Positions 12,982 through 26,900 of a stretch of 64,000 nt of DNA are shown piece by piece; position 1 is the first letter of the stretch; every line of letters begins with the position of its first letter. The stretch spans positions 23,250,001 to 23,314,000 of the forward strand of contig NC_043010.1 of NCBI RefSeq assembly GCF_006345805.1, given 5' to 3'. The stretch comes from Octopus sinensis. Taxonomy: Eukaryota. The position numbers and the translations under genes were made by a program. The notes beneath the pieces were generated by a model. That model saw nothing but the letters and a program-made list of their open reading frames with translations. It was not told the origin of the DNA and ran no database searches.

Positions 12982-13072
12982 CCTTCTATATAATAAATTA
13001 ATTTACTCTGCTATGTATTGAGTACCTTATTTACTGTGGTTAACCCCGACTCAACCGGGACCTACATATATA

Positions 13073-13124
<52 letters not shown>

Positions 13125-13194
13125 ATATAATATAATATAAATAATATATCCATATGTATATATACATACGTACATATAAATACTTACATCTATA

Positions 13195-13400
13195 CGTATA
13201 TATGCATATGTGGGTATAGGACGTCATGAAACGTGTAATACAAGAATGTACAAAGCACGAGTACACGGAACATGGACCATTCTTTCGGACAACGAAGGAT
13301 ACAAATGGGAAACAAAACAAGTAACATAAAGAACGACCATTCATCAGTTGTTGGCTGTTTTTCTAGTCTCGTATTTCGAGCATTTAACCACAATCTACAC
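13195..13400 (-). repeat. Dispersed repeat related to 58330-58468 and 27503-27612
   Basis: Shared TGATGAA..GTCGTTCTTT.TGTTACTTGT.TTGTT...CCATTT and TGACG.CCT.T.CCCA.ATATGC. Confidence 0.65.
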
Positions 13401-13429
13401 TTTCGATAAAATAGTTGCTCCCACAGTAC

Positions 13430-13512
<83 letters not shown>

Positions 13513-14156
13513 TGTACCCAAACTATATTTTTATTCTAAACTGTATATCGGTGAGGTCCCAGTTGCATATCAGCTTTTCTGAAAGAAGGGGTTACCAGTC
13601 ACCTTCTCAATTCAATGTTTGTCCAAAATGGTTAATCTCGATCACTTCACAGGGAGTAATGGAGCCAATTACGCGAGAGAGGAGAGAGACTGAGACAGAG
13701 GCAGAAGGACAGAAAGACAGAAAGATAGACAGACAGAAGGAGAGAGAAAGGGGAGAGAGAAGCGGTGATGGTGAGAGAAAAAAAACCCAGAGTTTGGAAC
13801 GGTTGAAAGGCAAGAATATCTTTTGTTTGGATTTGAGCAGCGAGTCCTTAGATCCGAACAAAATACCACAAATGCATTCACTCTCTATGCCGCACTCATC
13901 ACATAAGTCTCTCCGGCTCACACACACATATGTATATGTAGATTCACACGTGCATGCATACATATACATACACATTCCCCACATACATACATGTGTGTGC
14001 ATATGTATTCTTATACATGTATGTAAGTATTTATACGTCTATAGCGTCTTTGTGAGTAAACTGTGTACGAGTACTTGTTCATGTGCATGTGCGCGCGAGT
14101 GTGCAGACTTGATTGCATGTGTAGATGCGTACGATCTTTTATGCCCTTCTGTATGG

Positions 14157-15010
<854 letters not shown>

Positions 15011-15859
15011 CGTGAATGTGTATATTCGTCTGTGTGCCTGTGTTACGTTTAAACATGACGGTATTTAAGTGTGTTTATGTTTCTGTATTTTTAATTTGAT
15101 TCTAAATCACCTCATCCAGTATAATGTTATAGCTTGTTTCCTATGATCTGGGCGTTGTTTTTTAATTCCTTATTATGACAGAAATCGTTTCATATGAGAA
15201 AATACGTGGCTAATAAGAAGAAAGTCGTAGAGTCGTTTATCTCGCCTGTTATGACCTGTAAATAATTGAGTAATATTGTATTGCCTAATACAACTGCCTA
15301 TAAACAAAGCTGTTTTTGATTGTTGCTAACATTCTCTAGCAATATTATAAACTTGACACCGAAGTAAGCAGGCTCACCTCTTATGTTGTTTATATTTATT
15401 TGAATATAAAACTTCGTACGTGGGTTGTATTATTTCCCTGAATAGAAACACTCAATGACTTGCTGAATAAAATTACTTTTTAAACCTAGCAATCACGTTA
15501 TCCGCTTTCAGCAGAGGTATGTGTTGTTGTTAGCCGCATACAATGCGCCTATTGATACGAACATTTGTATAACGAAAATACTTGCTTGTAATCCGTCATA
15601 CGACGGATAACTCAGGAGCTATACTTTTACCACAATGGGTAATACCAGGAAAAAAGAATCATAGGCAAAGTTGAACTCAGTACTTAAAAACGAACAAAAT
15701 GCCGCGAAGCATTTTGTCCGACGTTGTAACGACTCTGCCATCTCACCACTTTAAAATCAGGAAATTTGGCAGGCATTCAATAAGTATGATTTATCATTTA
15801 TCAAATTTCTTGATGTTGTTACTGTTGATTCTTTCTCATATCTTTTGTTTGTTCATTTT

Positions 15860-16137
15860 TGAGCCATGCCTAGCTCATAAGAGCCAGTTTCCTGGTTTCA
15901 TTGGCATATAGGTTCCGAATCTGGGCGGGACCCCAGGCTGTCGCAGGGTGAGCTGCTAGATGCAAGAGGAAAGAGTGAGAGAAAGTTGTGGCAGAAGTTT
16001 GCTATTACCTTCTGCCAGAGCCGCGTGGAGCTTAGGTTTTTCGCTCATAAACACGCACATCGCCCGGTCTGAGATTCGAACCAGCGTTTCCTCGACCGTG
16101 AATCCGCTGCTCTAACCACTAGACTATGTGCCTCCAC
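15860..16137 (-). mobile_element. tRNA-derived SINE (third family)
   Basis: The minus strand begins GGTGGAGGCACATAGTCTAGTGGTTAGAGC...GGTTCGAATC (A- and B-box-like). Confidence 0.7.
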
Positions 16138-16599
16138 CAAATTTCTTGATGCTTATACAAAATCAGGAAATCATTTACTTCGTTATCTTCTCCCTTATAT
16201 CCTTCATCTTCTTGTTCCAGTCATTAGGTTGCGGTCATGTGGGAGCAACGCCTAGAAGAGTCTAATCAAACAATTCGGCCCCAGTACTTATTTTTTATAT
16301 TAATTCTATTGGCCTCTTTGCCGCATCGTAAAGATCAGGGGACGTAAACAAAAAACAAAAAAAGAATATCCTGTTGTGAAGTGGTGTTCAAGGCAGACAA
16401 ACAGCTACACAAAAACACTGATACACATACATACGACGGACTTCCACGCAGTTTCCGTCGATCAAATTCACTCATAAGACACTGGTTGTCCCGGGGATAC
16501 AATAAAAAACGTCACTTCTGAAAGGAGCTGCGCAATGGACTGAAAACAGAATCGGAAGGAAAATAAAATTAAGACAAATTTCTTCTCTTTTTTTTAATT

Positions 16600-17013
16600 T
16601 CCTTATTGCCCACAAGGGGCCACACACAGAGGGGGACAAACAAGAACAGACAAACGGACTAAGTCGATTATATCGACCCCAGTGTGTAACTGATACTTAA
16701 TTTATCGACCCCGAAAGGATGAAAGTCAAAGTCGATCTCGGCGGAATTTGATCTCAGAACGTAATGGCAGACGAAATACCTATTTCTTTACTACTCACAA
16801 GGGGCGAAACGCAGAGAGGACAAACAAGGACAGACAAACGGATTAAGTCGATTATATCGACACCAGTGCGTAACTGGTACTTATTTAATCGACCCCGAAA
16901 GGATGAAAGGCAAAGTCGACCTCGGCGGAATTTGAACTCCGAGTGTAAAGACAGACGAAATACCGCTAAGCATTTCGCCCGGTGTGCTAACGTTTCTGCC
17001 AACTCACCGCCTT
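16600..17013 (-). mobile_element. SINE family A, full copy plus tandem partial copy
   Basis: 16610-16780 repeats 16795-16965. Intact head at ~17013. Confidence 0.85.
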
Positions 17014-17550
17014 AACTCCTCTGTTTTCATGAGTCTTTCTCTCACGCTGTGTGCTTGTGTATGTGTGTGTGTGGTGGGGCACTTTCTTTTGCTCATTGCT
17101 TGCCACCGAGCCTAGTATGTGCATTGATTCTACACCTCTTATCAAACACACCACCTTCTCTACATATCTGTTTAACTCTCTTACCCCCACTGTCCTCCAT
17201 CTATACGATGTAAAATGTTATTGAAGATCAATTAACCAACTTAATTAGTCAACCAACCAATTAATAAATCATCATGTACCTCGGCTTTCATTATTATTCA
17301 TTTCAGTGATTAGACTGCGGCCATCCTAAAGCACCACATTGAAAGATTTTAGTCAAATAAATAGACAGCAGGGCATATTTTTAAAGCCCAGTACTTATAC
17401 CATCGGTGTCTTTTGCTAATGGTTAGCTTACAACGACGTAAACAAAACATCACCGATTGTCAAGCGGTGATGGAGTGGGAAAACACACACACACACACAA
17501 AAACACGCATACACACATATATAATATATATACTTGCGCAGGCGTGGCCA

Positions 17551-17733
17551 TAGGTGCAGGTGTCACTGTCTGGTAAAAAGTTTGCTTCCTAACCTCATGG
17601 TTCCGGGTTCAGTCCCACCGCGTTGCACCTTGGGCAAATATTTTATGCTATAGCCTCGGGCCGACCAAAGCCTTGTGAGTGGATTTGGTAGACGTAAACT
17701 GAAAGAAGCCCGTCACACACACACATATACAAC

Positions 17734-17776
<43 letters not shown>

Positions 17777-18008
17777 TTATATTTATATATTATGTATGAT
17801 ATATGTATATGTATGTCTGTGTTTGTCCCCCAACATTGCTTGACAACCGATGTTGGCGTGTTTACGTCTCCTTAACGTAGCGGTTCAGCAAAATAAACCG
17901 ACAGAATAGGGACTAGGCTTACAAAGAATGTCCTGGGGTTGATTTGTTCGACTAAAGGCCGTGCTCCAGCATGGCCGCAGTCAAATGATTGAAACAAGTA
18001 AAAGAGTA
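17551..18008 (+). mobile_element. Bipartite SINE family B, full length with internal (CA)n(TA)n
   Basis: Head with GGTTCAGTCCC and CCTTGGGCAA, internal microsatellite at 17714-17815, tail ending GAAACAAGTAAAAGAGTA. Confidence 0.85.
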
Positions 18009-18707
18009 TACATAACTATGTATGTGTGTGTGTGTGTGTGCTTTTGTGTATGTGTGTGTGTGTGTGTGTGTGTGCTTGTATGTGTGTGCGTGTGTGTGTT
18101 ACAAGAAACAGCGGACGTATATTATCAGAACAAACAATGAGGTCGGAATGGTGGTAGAAAGAAGATAGGGGTGCCATAATGACGATACGGCGAAGCGATA
18201 AGTTTAAAGGTCAGGGTACGTAGTTGCAACTTTAGAAACAAAAACAAAAAGAAAAATACCCGTTGGGAAAGGGGTATCTTTTTGTCGAGATAAATTTTAA
18301 TAGCTTCCAGTTGAAACGGTCGATTTGACATAGAGGTTAGGGGTGAGAGGTTAGAGATGTGCTGTAGAGCTGATAAGGTCAGGTTAAGATATATTATGTG
18401 AAGGTCGTCAATTTGGTTAAGTTCATGTGTGATGTCGAGACGACATCTCTGCTGATTCGAGCGAAGCTCTTTATTGCAGGGAGACCAAAAAATAGCATTT
18501 TCAAAAATTAAAATAATGATTAGATCTCCCTTATTTGCTCGGAATTTGTCTGGCTTTTTCGATAAATAAATAAATAAATAAATGAATAAAAATATTCAGA
18601 AATTGTAGCTCTAATTAACAATGGCTGCCGTACCAGACATACTTATTTCAAGGACTCTACTTAAACTGATATTATGTACATTAAACCTTATTATTTACCT
18701 GATTATT

Positions 18708-18905
18708 AAAGCAGCGAGTCGGCAGAATCTTTAACATAATGCTTAGCGGTATTTCGACAATCTTTACTTTCTGAGTTTAAATTCCGCCGAGGTTGACTTT
18801 GCCCTTTTGTCACTTCGAGATCAATAAAACCAGTTCAGCAGTGGGGTCGATGTAATCGACTAGTCTCGCCCCACCCCGAAATTGTTGGCCTTGTGCTAAA
18901 ATTTG
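18708..18905 (+). mobile_element. SINE family A (degenerate)
   Basis: GGCAGAAT..., GCTTAGCGGTATTTCG, ATTCCGCCGAGGTTGACTTTGCC and GGGGTCGATGTAATCGACT. Confidence 0.75.
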
Positions 18906-19616
18906 AAGCCATTATTTCAGCTATCTATTAAAGCGGTGAGCTGGCAGAACCGCCAGGACACCGGAAGAAAGGTTTAACGGGGTCCGTGTGGTTTTCGTTA
19001 CTGTTTATAATTTTGTTCCAATTGTTTTGAAATTTGATATATGGATTAAGTTTTGTATACTAATTATGAAAAGGAAATTCATTTTCCCTATAAATCCATA
19101 ATTAAAAAGTTATTAGCCTTTAAAATTTTCAAAATTTGTGTATTTTAGCCAATCAGCAGCGAGTATTTTACACATCACCGTGGCGAAGAACTCTCTTTCC
19201 ATAGTAACCAAAAATGCTGTGCATGCGCACAGGGAGTGTAACCACCAAATTCAGTGTAATTGACAAATTGAGAGTACCTGGACATCTTTAAAGCGTGTAA
19301 ACAAACACCGGTGTGGGACACACAATTCCATGGTTGACTCTTTGTGAATTTATTTGGGGAAGGATATATGAGAGAGATAATTTCATAAAATCCTAAAGTG
19401 TATGGCAAACTTTCGTCCTTTATTTAAACTAATAACTCTCTGTTTTAAGCAATATTTTGACTAATAACTGCAACAACAAAAAAAAAACGGAAATAATTGT
19501 AGGATCAATACGTTCAACTAAAAATTCTTCAAGGTAGTACCCCAGCATGGCCACTGTCTAATGTCTGAAACAAATAAAAGGTGAAAAAGATGAAAAAATG
19601 ACCGATAAATATAACT

Positions 19617-19780
19617 GTGTGGCTTTTGTCCGAGGGGCTTTTGTCCACTTTCACACTTTAACTATGGGGCTTTTGTCCGGGGGGATTTTGTCCGGAAGTG
19701 GGGATTTTGTCCTACGGGAATTTTGTCCTGGGTGATTTTCTCCTGGTGGATTTTTGTCCCAGGGGGCTTTTGTCCCACAC
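19617..19780. repeat. Array of ~9 GGGRYTTTTGTCC motifs bounded by GTGTGG/CCACAC; probably a small non-autonomous DNA transposon
   Basis: The repeated motif and the short terminal inverted repeat are read directly. Confidence 0.7.
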
Positions 19781-19789
19781 TCTAGTATT

Positions 19790-19955
19790 CATATCCCCCA
19801 CTGGACGGGATGGCAGTTTGTCACACGATTCTTCATTTTTGCCATCTGGTCTGGAGCAACGTGAAATGAAATGTCTTGCTCAAGAACACAACGAAATGAA
19901 ACCATAATCTTAAGGTCTTGAGTACAACACTCTAACCACTGAGCCGCGCGCCACC
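19790..19955 (-). mobile_element. tRNA SINE fragment (family C; also 34490-34797 + and 53020-53215 -)
   Basis: Shared GTGTTCTTGAGCAAGACA-like core and TCCACTCAGCTG/TCCAGAC motif. Confidence 0.6.
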
Positions 19956-20339
19956 ACATGCATAAATAATGACTTCAGAATTTCACACAGGTTCAGCAAT
20001 TTTAGCGGGACTCTTGCTTAATCCCGAAACGGTAAAAGGTAAAACTGACTTCGGCCAGATCCAAATGTAAAAAGCTGGAGACAATACCGTTGACTATTTT
20101 GTTCGAAGCAGAAACGATTTTGCTAGCATGCGTGAGAAAAAAACTACTCAATATATAGGATGAATTTTTTTTTTAATAGCGAGCAGTTTAGGGCTCACTC
20201 CATGGTACACAGAGATTCTCGTTGCTTGCATGTAAGTCAAGCAACATTGATATTCTACATGGTCGAGCGTTTAGCGTGTGAAATTCTGAATAACCAATCG
20301 AATAATTATTCCACCCCGCCCTCTCTCTCACTTCATACG

Positions 20340-20440
20340 TAGAACACACACACATGCATATATGCATACACACATACATACATGCATACATACACACACA
20401 TACATACATACATACATACATACATACATACATACATACA

Positions 20441-20474
<34 letters not shown>

Positions 20475-20561
20475 CATACATACATATATACATTCAAGTA
20501 GACAGATAATTAGATACATTGATTGATAGACAATATAAACAGACAGACAGACAGATAGATC

Positions 20562-20609
<48 letters not shown>

Positions 20610-20625
20610 TAGATAGATAGATAAA

Positions 20626-20656
<31 letters not shown>

Positions 20657-20664
20657 TCAGATAG

Positions 20665-20737
<73 letters not shown>

Positions 20738-20758
20738 TAGATGGATAGATAGATAATT

Positions 20759-20830
<72 letters not shown>
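20340..20830. repeat. (CATA)n and (GATA)n microsatellites
   Basis: Read directly. Confidence 0.95.
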
Positions 20831-20831
<1 letters not shown>

Positions 20832-21394
20832 CGTGCGTGTTTGCGCGTGTATATTGATAGACGTATGAAAATGATAGATCATTGACATGGCATATATCAG
20901 TAAGTTTACTAAGTCCTGACTGAAAAGTTAGATTTTTTTTCATATTTTTCTCCCCATTTAAAATTCCCAAAAGACTTTCTACGCGAAAGAGCGAAACAAT
21001 ATTCTTTTAAGAATTCCATGGGGAAAACAAATGTCAATTTGTTTCAAGTCAGATTTGATTTATTTATGACCTTTTAGTGTCATATCTCTCGAATCAGAGT
21101 ATATATCTAGTGAAACGAGATTTTTTGTTTTATGTTCATTTCAAAATAAACACCCTGGTCTTCCGTAAAAAAAAATCACTTTCGAATGCTAATGGAATTT
21201 AATAGCATTTTAGCGTTTAAGCCTATTAATTTTCAACGAGGTTTCTTTGCTTGAAAATTTTTCTTTTTTTTTCGTTTTCCTTTAACATTGGAACTGGTTT
21301 ATCTAACCAAGGAAAAATCTTCTGGATGGTACCTCAGTCTGCCTGAAACAGCACCCAATTATCCTCAAATTGCACGATATCTTGTTTTGTAATA

Positions 21395-21687
21395 TAGGTT
21401 CGCAAAGTGGGCGCTAACGCCCCTCGGTAGGCGTTGAGACGATCGAGGTGAGCGCTGGTGCTTAAGGGGATGGTAGAGAAAAAATAGGCGTTGAGAGGAA
21501 GGCAGTGGATTAGGGGACGCTATGAATTTATTATAATATTATTATAGTATTGTATATTATATAATATTATATTAAATATCAAATGATTCATAGTATATAT
21601 AAATTTGTAAAATATAAAATATTTATTCATGCATAGGGGTGGGGACGCTGAGGGTATTATGTGGCCCAAAAAGTTTGAGAAGCTCTG
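21395..21687. mobile_element. hAT (Charlie-like) non-autonomous element
   Basis: The ends GGTTCGCAAAGTGGGCG... and ...AAAAGTTTGAGAAGCTCTG resemble the CAGTGGTTCYCAAA-type hAT TIRs. Confidence 0.55.
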
Positions 21688-21871
21688 GTGTCGAGTAAAA
21701 ATAATTGCTGTATTTTGTTGATTTATTTCCTTTATTCTTCAAATCACAAGAAAAGCAGCCATTCAAAGGAGGACCCATTGCCTTGCACCGTCTCAGGCCC
21801 CCTTTTTGACAGTTATCTGATCCCACACTGATATCAGTTATTCTCCTCGGATTATTATCGTTATTAATACT

Positions 21872-22070
21872 AAGGCGGTGAGCTAGCAGAATCGTTAGCA
21901 CGCTGGACGAAATGCTTAGCGGTATTTCACCCGTCGCTACGTTCTGAGGTCAAATTCTGCCTAGGGCGACTTTGCCTTTCATTCTTTTGGGGTCGAGACG
22001 TTAAGTAGCAATTGAGTATTGGGGTCGAGGTAATCGACTCGTCCCAATCTCCACCAAGCTGTGGCAAAAA
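21872..22070 (+). mobile_element. SINE family A
   Basis: AAGGCGGTGAGCTAGCAGAATCGTTAGCACG...GCCTTTCATTCTTTTGGGGTCG. Confidence 0.8.
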
Positions 22071-22094
22071 TCTTTAATAATTATTACTTTTTAG

Positions 22095-22340
22095 ACCGAT
22101 GGCTCTCTTCCTGTGCTTGCGATGCTTCAGCAACCAATTAAAGTGGAAGCTACCTTGAGTTCTTCATCTCGAAGGACGAGAACTGGTATCAGCGTGGGAT
22201 CAAAGAACTGGCAGAAAAGTGCCTTCAGACGGCGCAACACAATGGCTGTTGCTTTGAATGCCAGGCTGCTTCTGTTGTGTCTGAACAAATAAAGCAAATA
22301 ATTTAGATAAAAATTGCAAAACTTTTGACTCACCACAATA
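22095..22340 (+). pseudogene. Mariner transposase C-terminal fragment with 3' TIR
   Basis: The frame EFFISKDENWYQRGIKELAEKCLQTAQHNGCCFE matches the mariner C-terminus (FF.SK...Y.RGI..L.ERW......G.Y). It is followed by the TIR-like GCAAAACTTTTGACTCACCACAATA. Confidence 0.75.
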
Positions 22341-22409
22341 AAAACCGGCGTTAGTGAGTCTATGTTCCTGTAACTTAGCAGCTCGGCAAAAGGAAATCGA
22401 TAGAGTAAA

Positions 22410-23259
22410 AATCTCAGTCGCAGATTTTTTAATTAATTATTTTTTTAACTAAACAGTTTGGCACTTCGGAAACTGGTTGAATGTGTCGCGTAGAACACGG
22501 TATACTCTCAAAAATTTTGACAAAATTTTGTATTTTAGAAGTTATTTCGTGTTGAAGTTGTATTTAGGTAATTTTAACCAATTAATGACGTCTATTCGGC
22601 TGAAGATAGTTACTGCTGCTTGCGAAAGTAATGGAAGAGCAACAACTTCCGGGTCATCGGGTCATGACAGAGAGAGAGAGAGAGAGAGAGAGGTGGGAGA
22701 AAAGTATAAAAGATAAGAAAGGTGGGTGAGAAAAACAGAAAGTTCTTTTATAGGGAATACATACGTGTGTGTGTATGTGTGTGTGTGTGTGTGTGTGTTT
22801 GTGTGTGTGTGTGATGGACAACATGAACAAGTGTCGTCAACTTCACAATCCCCTTCCCTCCTTAAAGCTATGCATTCCTCACACCCATCTCCCTTTCCTT
22901 TCCTCAGTGTCCTAAAAGTTGCATGCGTGTGTATGTATTGATGTGTGTGCGTGTGTCTCTGTATAAGTATACATGTGTCTGTATTTACGTGCATATATGT
23001 ATGCAGCGTCCAAAATAGATGACCCGTTGACCCGGAAGTTGTTGCTCTTCCATTACTTTCACAAACAGCAGTAACTTTCTTTAGCTGAATAGACGTCATT
23101 AATTGGTTAAAATTACGCAAATGCAACAACTTCAACACGGAATAACTTCTAAGATACAAAGTTTTGTCAAAAACGTTAAGAGTAAACCGTGGTCTACGTG
23201 ATACATTCAACCAGTATCCCAAGGTCCAAACTGTTTAGTTAACAAATCTGACTGAGATT
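22410..23259. mobile_element. Foldback/non-autonomous DNA element with ~245-bp imperfect inverted repeats (22410-22665, 23019-23259) and a microsatellite-rich spacer
   Basis: The arms are reverse complements (e.g. GGAAGAGCAACAACTTCCGGGTCA / TGACCCGGAAGTTGTTGCTCTTCC). This explains the near-identical ORFs 22477+ and 22662-. Confidence 0.9.
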
Positions 23260-23577
23260 GAAAGGATCCCTAACCGCAATTCGCCCACGGAGCAACATAC
23301 CTATAGCAAAATGGCTTTTCTCGGAAATATATCTAATAATACGTCATAATACTTCCAGTAATAATTGGTAATACTCTGACCAAGATATTGATACTCCTAG
23401 CAGTATAGCTTAAGAACAAGTCAACTTTCTGCAAATGATAAAATGAATACGATTAACGCACACACACACACACACATGCACATATATAGTCTCATATATA
23501 CCCCACACGCACATGCATATATATATATATATATATATTTATGTGTGTGTGAGCGTGTATATATATATATTGTGTGT

Positions 23578-23609
<32 letters not shown>

Positions 23610-24651
23610 TATATATATATATATATATCCACACAAACACGCATTCATACTACATCTACACAGAATATATATATACATATTTATACATACGTATATATAT
23701 ATATATACACATACAAATATATATAAATATATGCATATATACAAATATACACATATATGTTATATGCATGGTATACACCTGCATAAAAGCATGTGCATAC
23801 ATGCTTATAGATACACATGCATACACAAGACGTACACACTTACTTATAGCCCCGAAATAAAACAAATATAAAATAGCTTCACAAATAAAACAAACAATAA
23901 ACAACCCCAGCGAAATTTGACCCTGTTTGCGTATACAACCTGCAGACAATATCAGCCTGAATGATTCTAGAGTTCAAAATAGGACCACTAACAGTTATCT
24001 TTTAAAGGTATGAAGGCATATTCATTAAAGGCGCTATTATTCACCATACAAAACACTTAATTAAGGGCTTTCAACCTCAGTGATTATGTTATCTATTTTT
24101 CAGCTTTAAACTACCCCAAAATAGATTCCGATCTTTTGAGCAAAAGAAAGGATAAAAAAATAAATAAGCATAAACGTAAAGAAAAGAAGAAAATTATGGT
24201 TTTGTATTGATGTTAAGGATAATACGTCGTGGCTATGGGAGTAGTTCAGCTCTTTCTTCTATTCAAAAGATTCATTGATGAAAGCGAATCATCGTTCGGC
24301 TTTCTATCTTCGTCTATCGATGACTCAACTTCAGTTCATTATAAGAGCATTATGGTGGACAGACAGAAGACGAGACGAAACGAGACGAAACGAGACGAGA
24401 CAGACGAGACGAGACAGTAGGTGCTGTCGTGAAGTATATGTTCTAAAGCGAAAACTGGAATATTAGCCGAGCATCGGCAACGATCGTAGGTCACGATTTA
24501 AATTTGTATGGCAAATGTGAACTCTTTGTAATCGATCCGACAGGGAAGCTTGTATGTGGTAAATCTAAATGCTAGAAATAGTGGCTATGTCTCACTCACG
24601 TTTCAGGTTGCCGTCTTTTAAAAGTGCAGATGATGCATTGGATAATGGAAT

Positions 24652-25085
24652 CTACGAGGCTTTAGAAGACACTTGCCCAAGGTGCCACGCTGTGGGAGTG
24701 AACCCGAAACCATATGGCTGGAAAGCGAGCTTCTTATTTCTTTATTGCCCACAATGGGCTAAATATAGAGGGGACAAACAAGGACAGACAAAGGGATTAA
24801 GTCGACTACAACGACCCTAGTGCGTAAATGGTAATTATTTAATCGACCCCGAAACGATGAATGGCTAAGTCGACCTCGGCGGAATTTGAACTCAGAACGT
24901 AAAGGCGGACGAAATTCCACTAAACATTTCGACTGGCGCGCTAACGTTTCTGCCAGCTTGCCGCCTTGGGCAAGTGCCTTCTACGAGGGTTATAGAAGGC
25001 ATTTGCCCAAGGTGCCACGCAGTGGGACTGAACCCGAAACCATATGGCTGGAAAGCAAGCTTCTTACCTCCACAGCCACTCCTAC
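24652..25085 (-). mobile_element. SINE A (24740-24967) flanked by an ~85-bp direct duplication of a SINE B head
   Basis: 24652-24736 is repeated at 24981-25066, with the shared diagnostic CCGAAACCATATGGCTGGAAAGC. Confidence 0.8.
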
Positions 25086-25543
25086 ACATATATGTTTGTA
25101 TTAAGAAAACATGATGGTCACGTTTGGAAAGTGTTTACTGATAGGTGTACCCGCTGTCGTGGTGAAGGTGGCGCTAAACATCATGATGAGTAATAAATGC
25201 TTGTGTTAAACAATACTTGTAGACCAAAGGTTTATTACCAAGAAGGGAGAGACGGAGAAAGAGGGGCGAGCAGAGCAAGCACGTGATAATGTGAGAAATA
25301 TGCAATCGTTTTGGATTTGTTTTGAAGTTACATGTATTCAGATCCCAAAATTCACAATCTGTAACGTAATGCTTATTGTGGTCAGAGAATTACCAACCCA
25401 AACCTATCTAACACTTATACATACATACATACGTATGTATGTATATATGTATGTATATATATATACGTATGTATGTATACGTATGTAGTATACGTATGTA
25501 TGTATATATGTATGTATATATATATATATATATTATATATATA

Positions 25544-25687
25544 TATATAATATAATTCGAGACAAAACCACTATTTTAAAACCAAACAAGGAAAGACTTA
25601 ATCAATACATAAAATTTTAATATGTATGATTAAGTCTTTCCTTGTTTGGTTTTAAAATAGTGGTTTTGTCTCGAATTATATTATATA
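25544..25687. repeat. Inverted repeat (~68-bp arms, 9-nt spacer) plus ~78-bp tail, in (TA)n
   Basis: ATAATTCGAGACAAAACCACTATTTT...AAAATAGTGGTTTTGTCTCGAATTAT. Confidence 0.95.
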
Positions 25688-25873
25688 ATATTTTACTATA
25701 AAATGGATTTAACCCTAAATCTGATTTTTTCCCTGTAATTTTGGATTCATTCCCTAATATTTATTATATATTATATATATATATAAATACATGAGTGTAT
25801 TTTTACCTTGTTAACAATTAACACGGAAAAAATAAATAAATAGTTACCAGGGCAGCGTTAACACCATTTTTTA

Positions 25874-25907
<34 letters not shown>

Positions 25908-25986
25908 AATATATATGTATGTATATATGTATATATATATATATGTGTGCATGTATATATACGTATGTATATATATATATATATTA

Positions 25987-26035
<49 letters not shown>

Positions 26036-26252
26036 TATATATGTAATATATATATATAATATATATATTATATATTATATCATCATCAAAGTAGGCCCCA
26101 CCCTTGGCGCGACCCATTGTCTATCAAGACAGACGGGAGAAAAGAAAAGAATATATATATAATATATGTATATATATATATAATATATATGTATATATAT
26201 ATGTATATATATATATATATGTATATATTATATATATGTATATATATATATA

Positions 26253-26285
<33 letters not shown>

Positions 26286-26468
26286 TTATATATATTATAT
26301 ATATATGTATATATATATGTATGTATATATGTATATATATATGTGTGTGCATGTATATACATATGTGTGCATGTACATATATACATACATATATATATAT
26401 ATATATATAATATAATATATATATATGTATGTATATATGTATATATATGGTGTGCATGTATATATACG

Positions 26469-26518
<50 letters not shown>

Positions 26519-26539
26519 AATATATATATATATAAAAGG

Positions 26540-26900
26540 TTGACTATGCCCACTTTAAACACCTCCTAGATCGTCTTTCTTTATCCTCACCCAGAACTAC
26601 CATCCTCCACATTGCTGAAATCAATCTCTCGCAATTGATTCTCTTTTTTGGATGAGTTCTACCAGAAGGTTAAATAGTGGGTTATCGGCTCTAATTGGGA
26701 CCGAATTATTCCAACTTCATTGTAGGTCATGTTGGCAAAATAGATTTTGCATGATTAATTCTACAACCACGTTCGTATCGTTCTCCGGCGTGCCATTTCA
26801 ACAGGACGTGTCTCTCGGTTAACTATTTCTCGTCAGATCGCACTCTACCTTGTGAGACGGCGATTCACACTCTGGTAAACACTAAGATCACAGCATGTTA
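26540..26900 (+). pseudogene. Decayed Penelope-like reverse transcriptase fragment
   Basis: The frameshifted peptides FKHLLDR...PRTTILHIAE, FSFLDEFYQKV and GPNYSNFIVGHV match the PLE RT region around the G.aMG...gP.yANlf.G motif. Confidence 0.65.

Larger units (their letters stand above)
12640..12997. repeat. Near-perfect inverted repeat (~178-bp arms, 2-nt loop at 12818-12819) plus ~68-bp tail to 13065, within (TA)n
   Basis: TTATTATATAGAAGGAGC...GGGGAGTG-GT-CACTCCCC...GCTCCTTCTATATAATAA, one mismatch seen. Confidence 0.95.

Noticed and set aside
19617-19780. CRISPR-like array
   Set aside because: Repeats and spacers are far too short, the context is eukaryotic, and there are no cas genes.
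22477-23222. Two near-identical peptides on opposite strands as paralogous genes
   Set aside because: A by-product of the inverted repeat arms.
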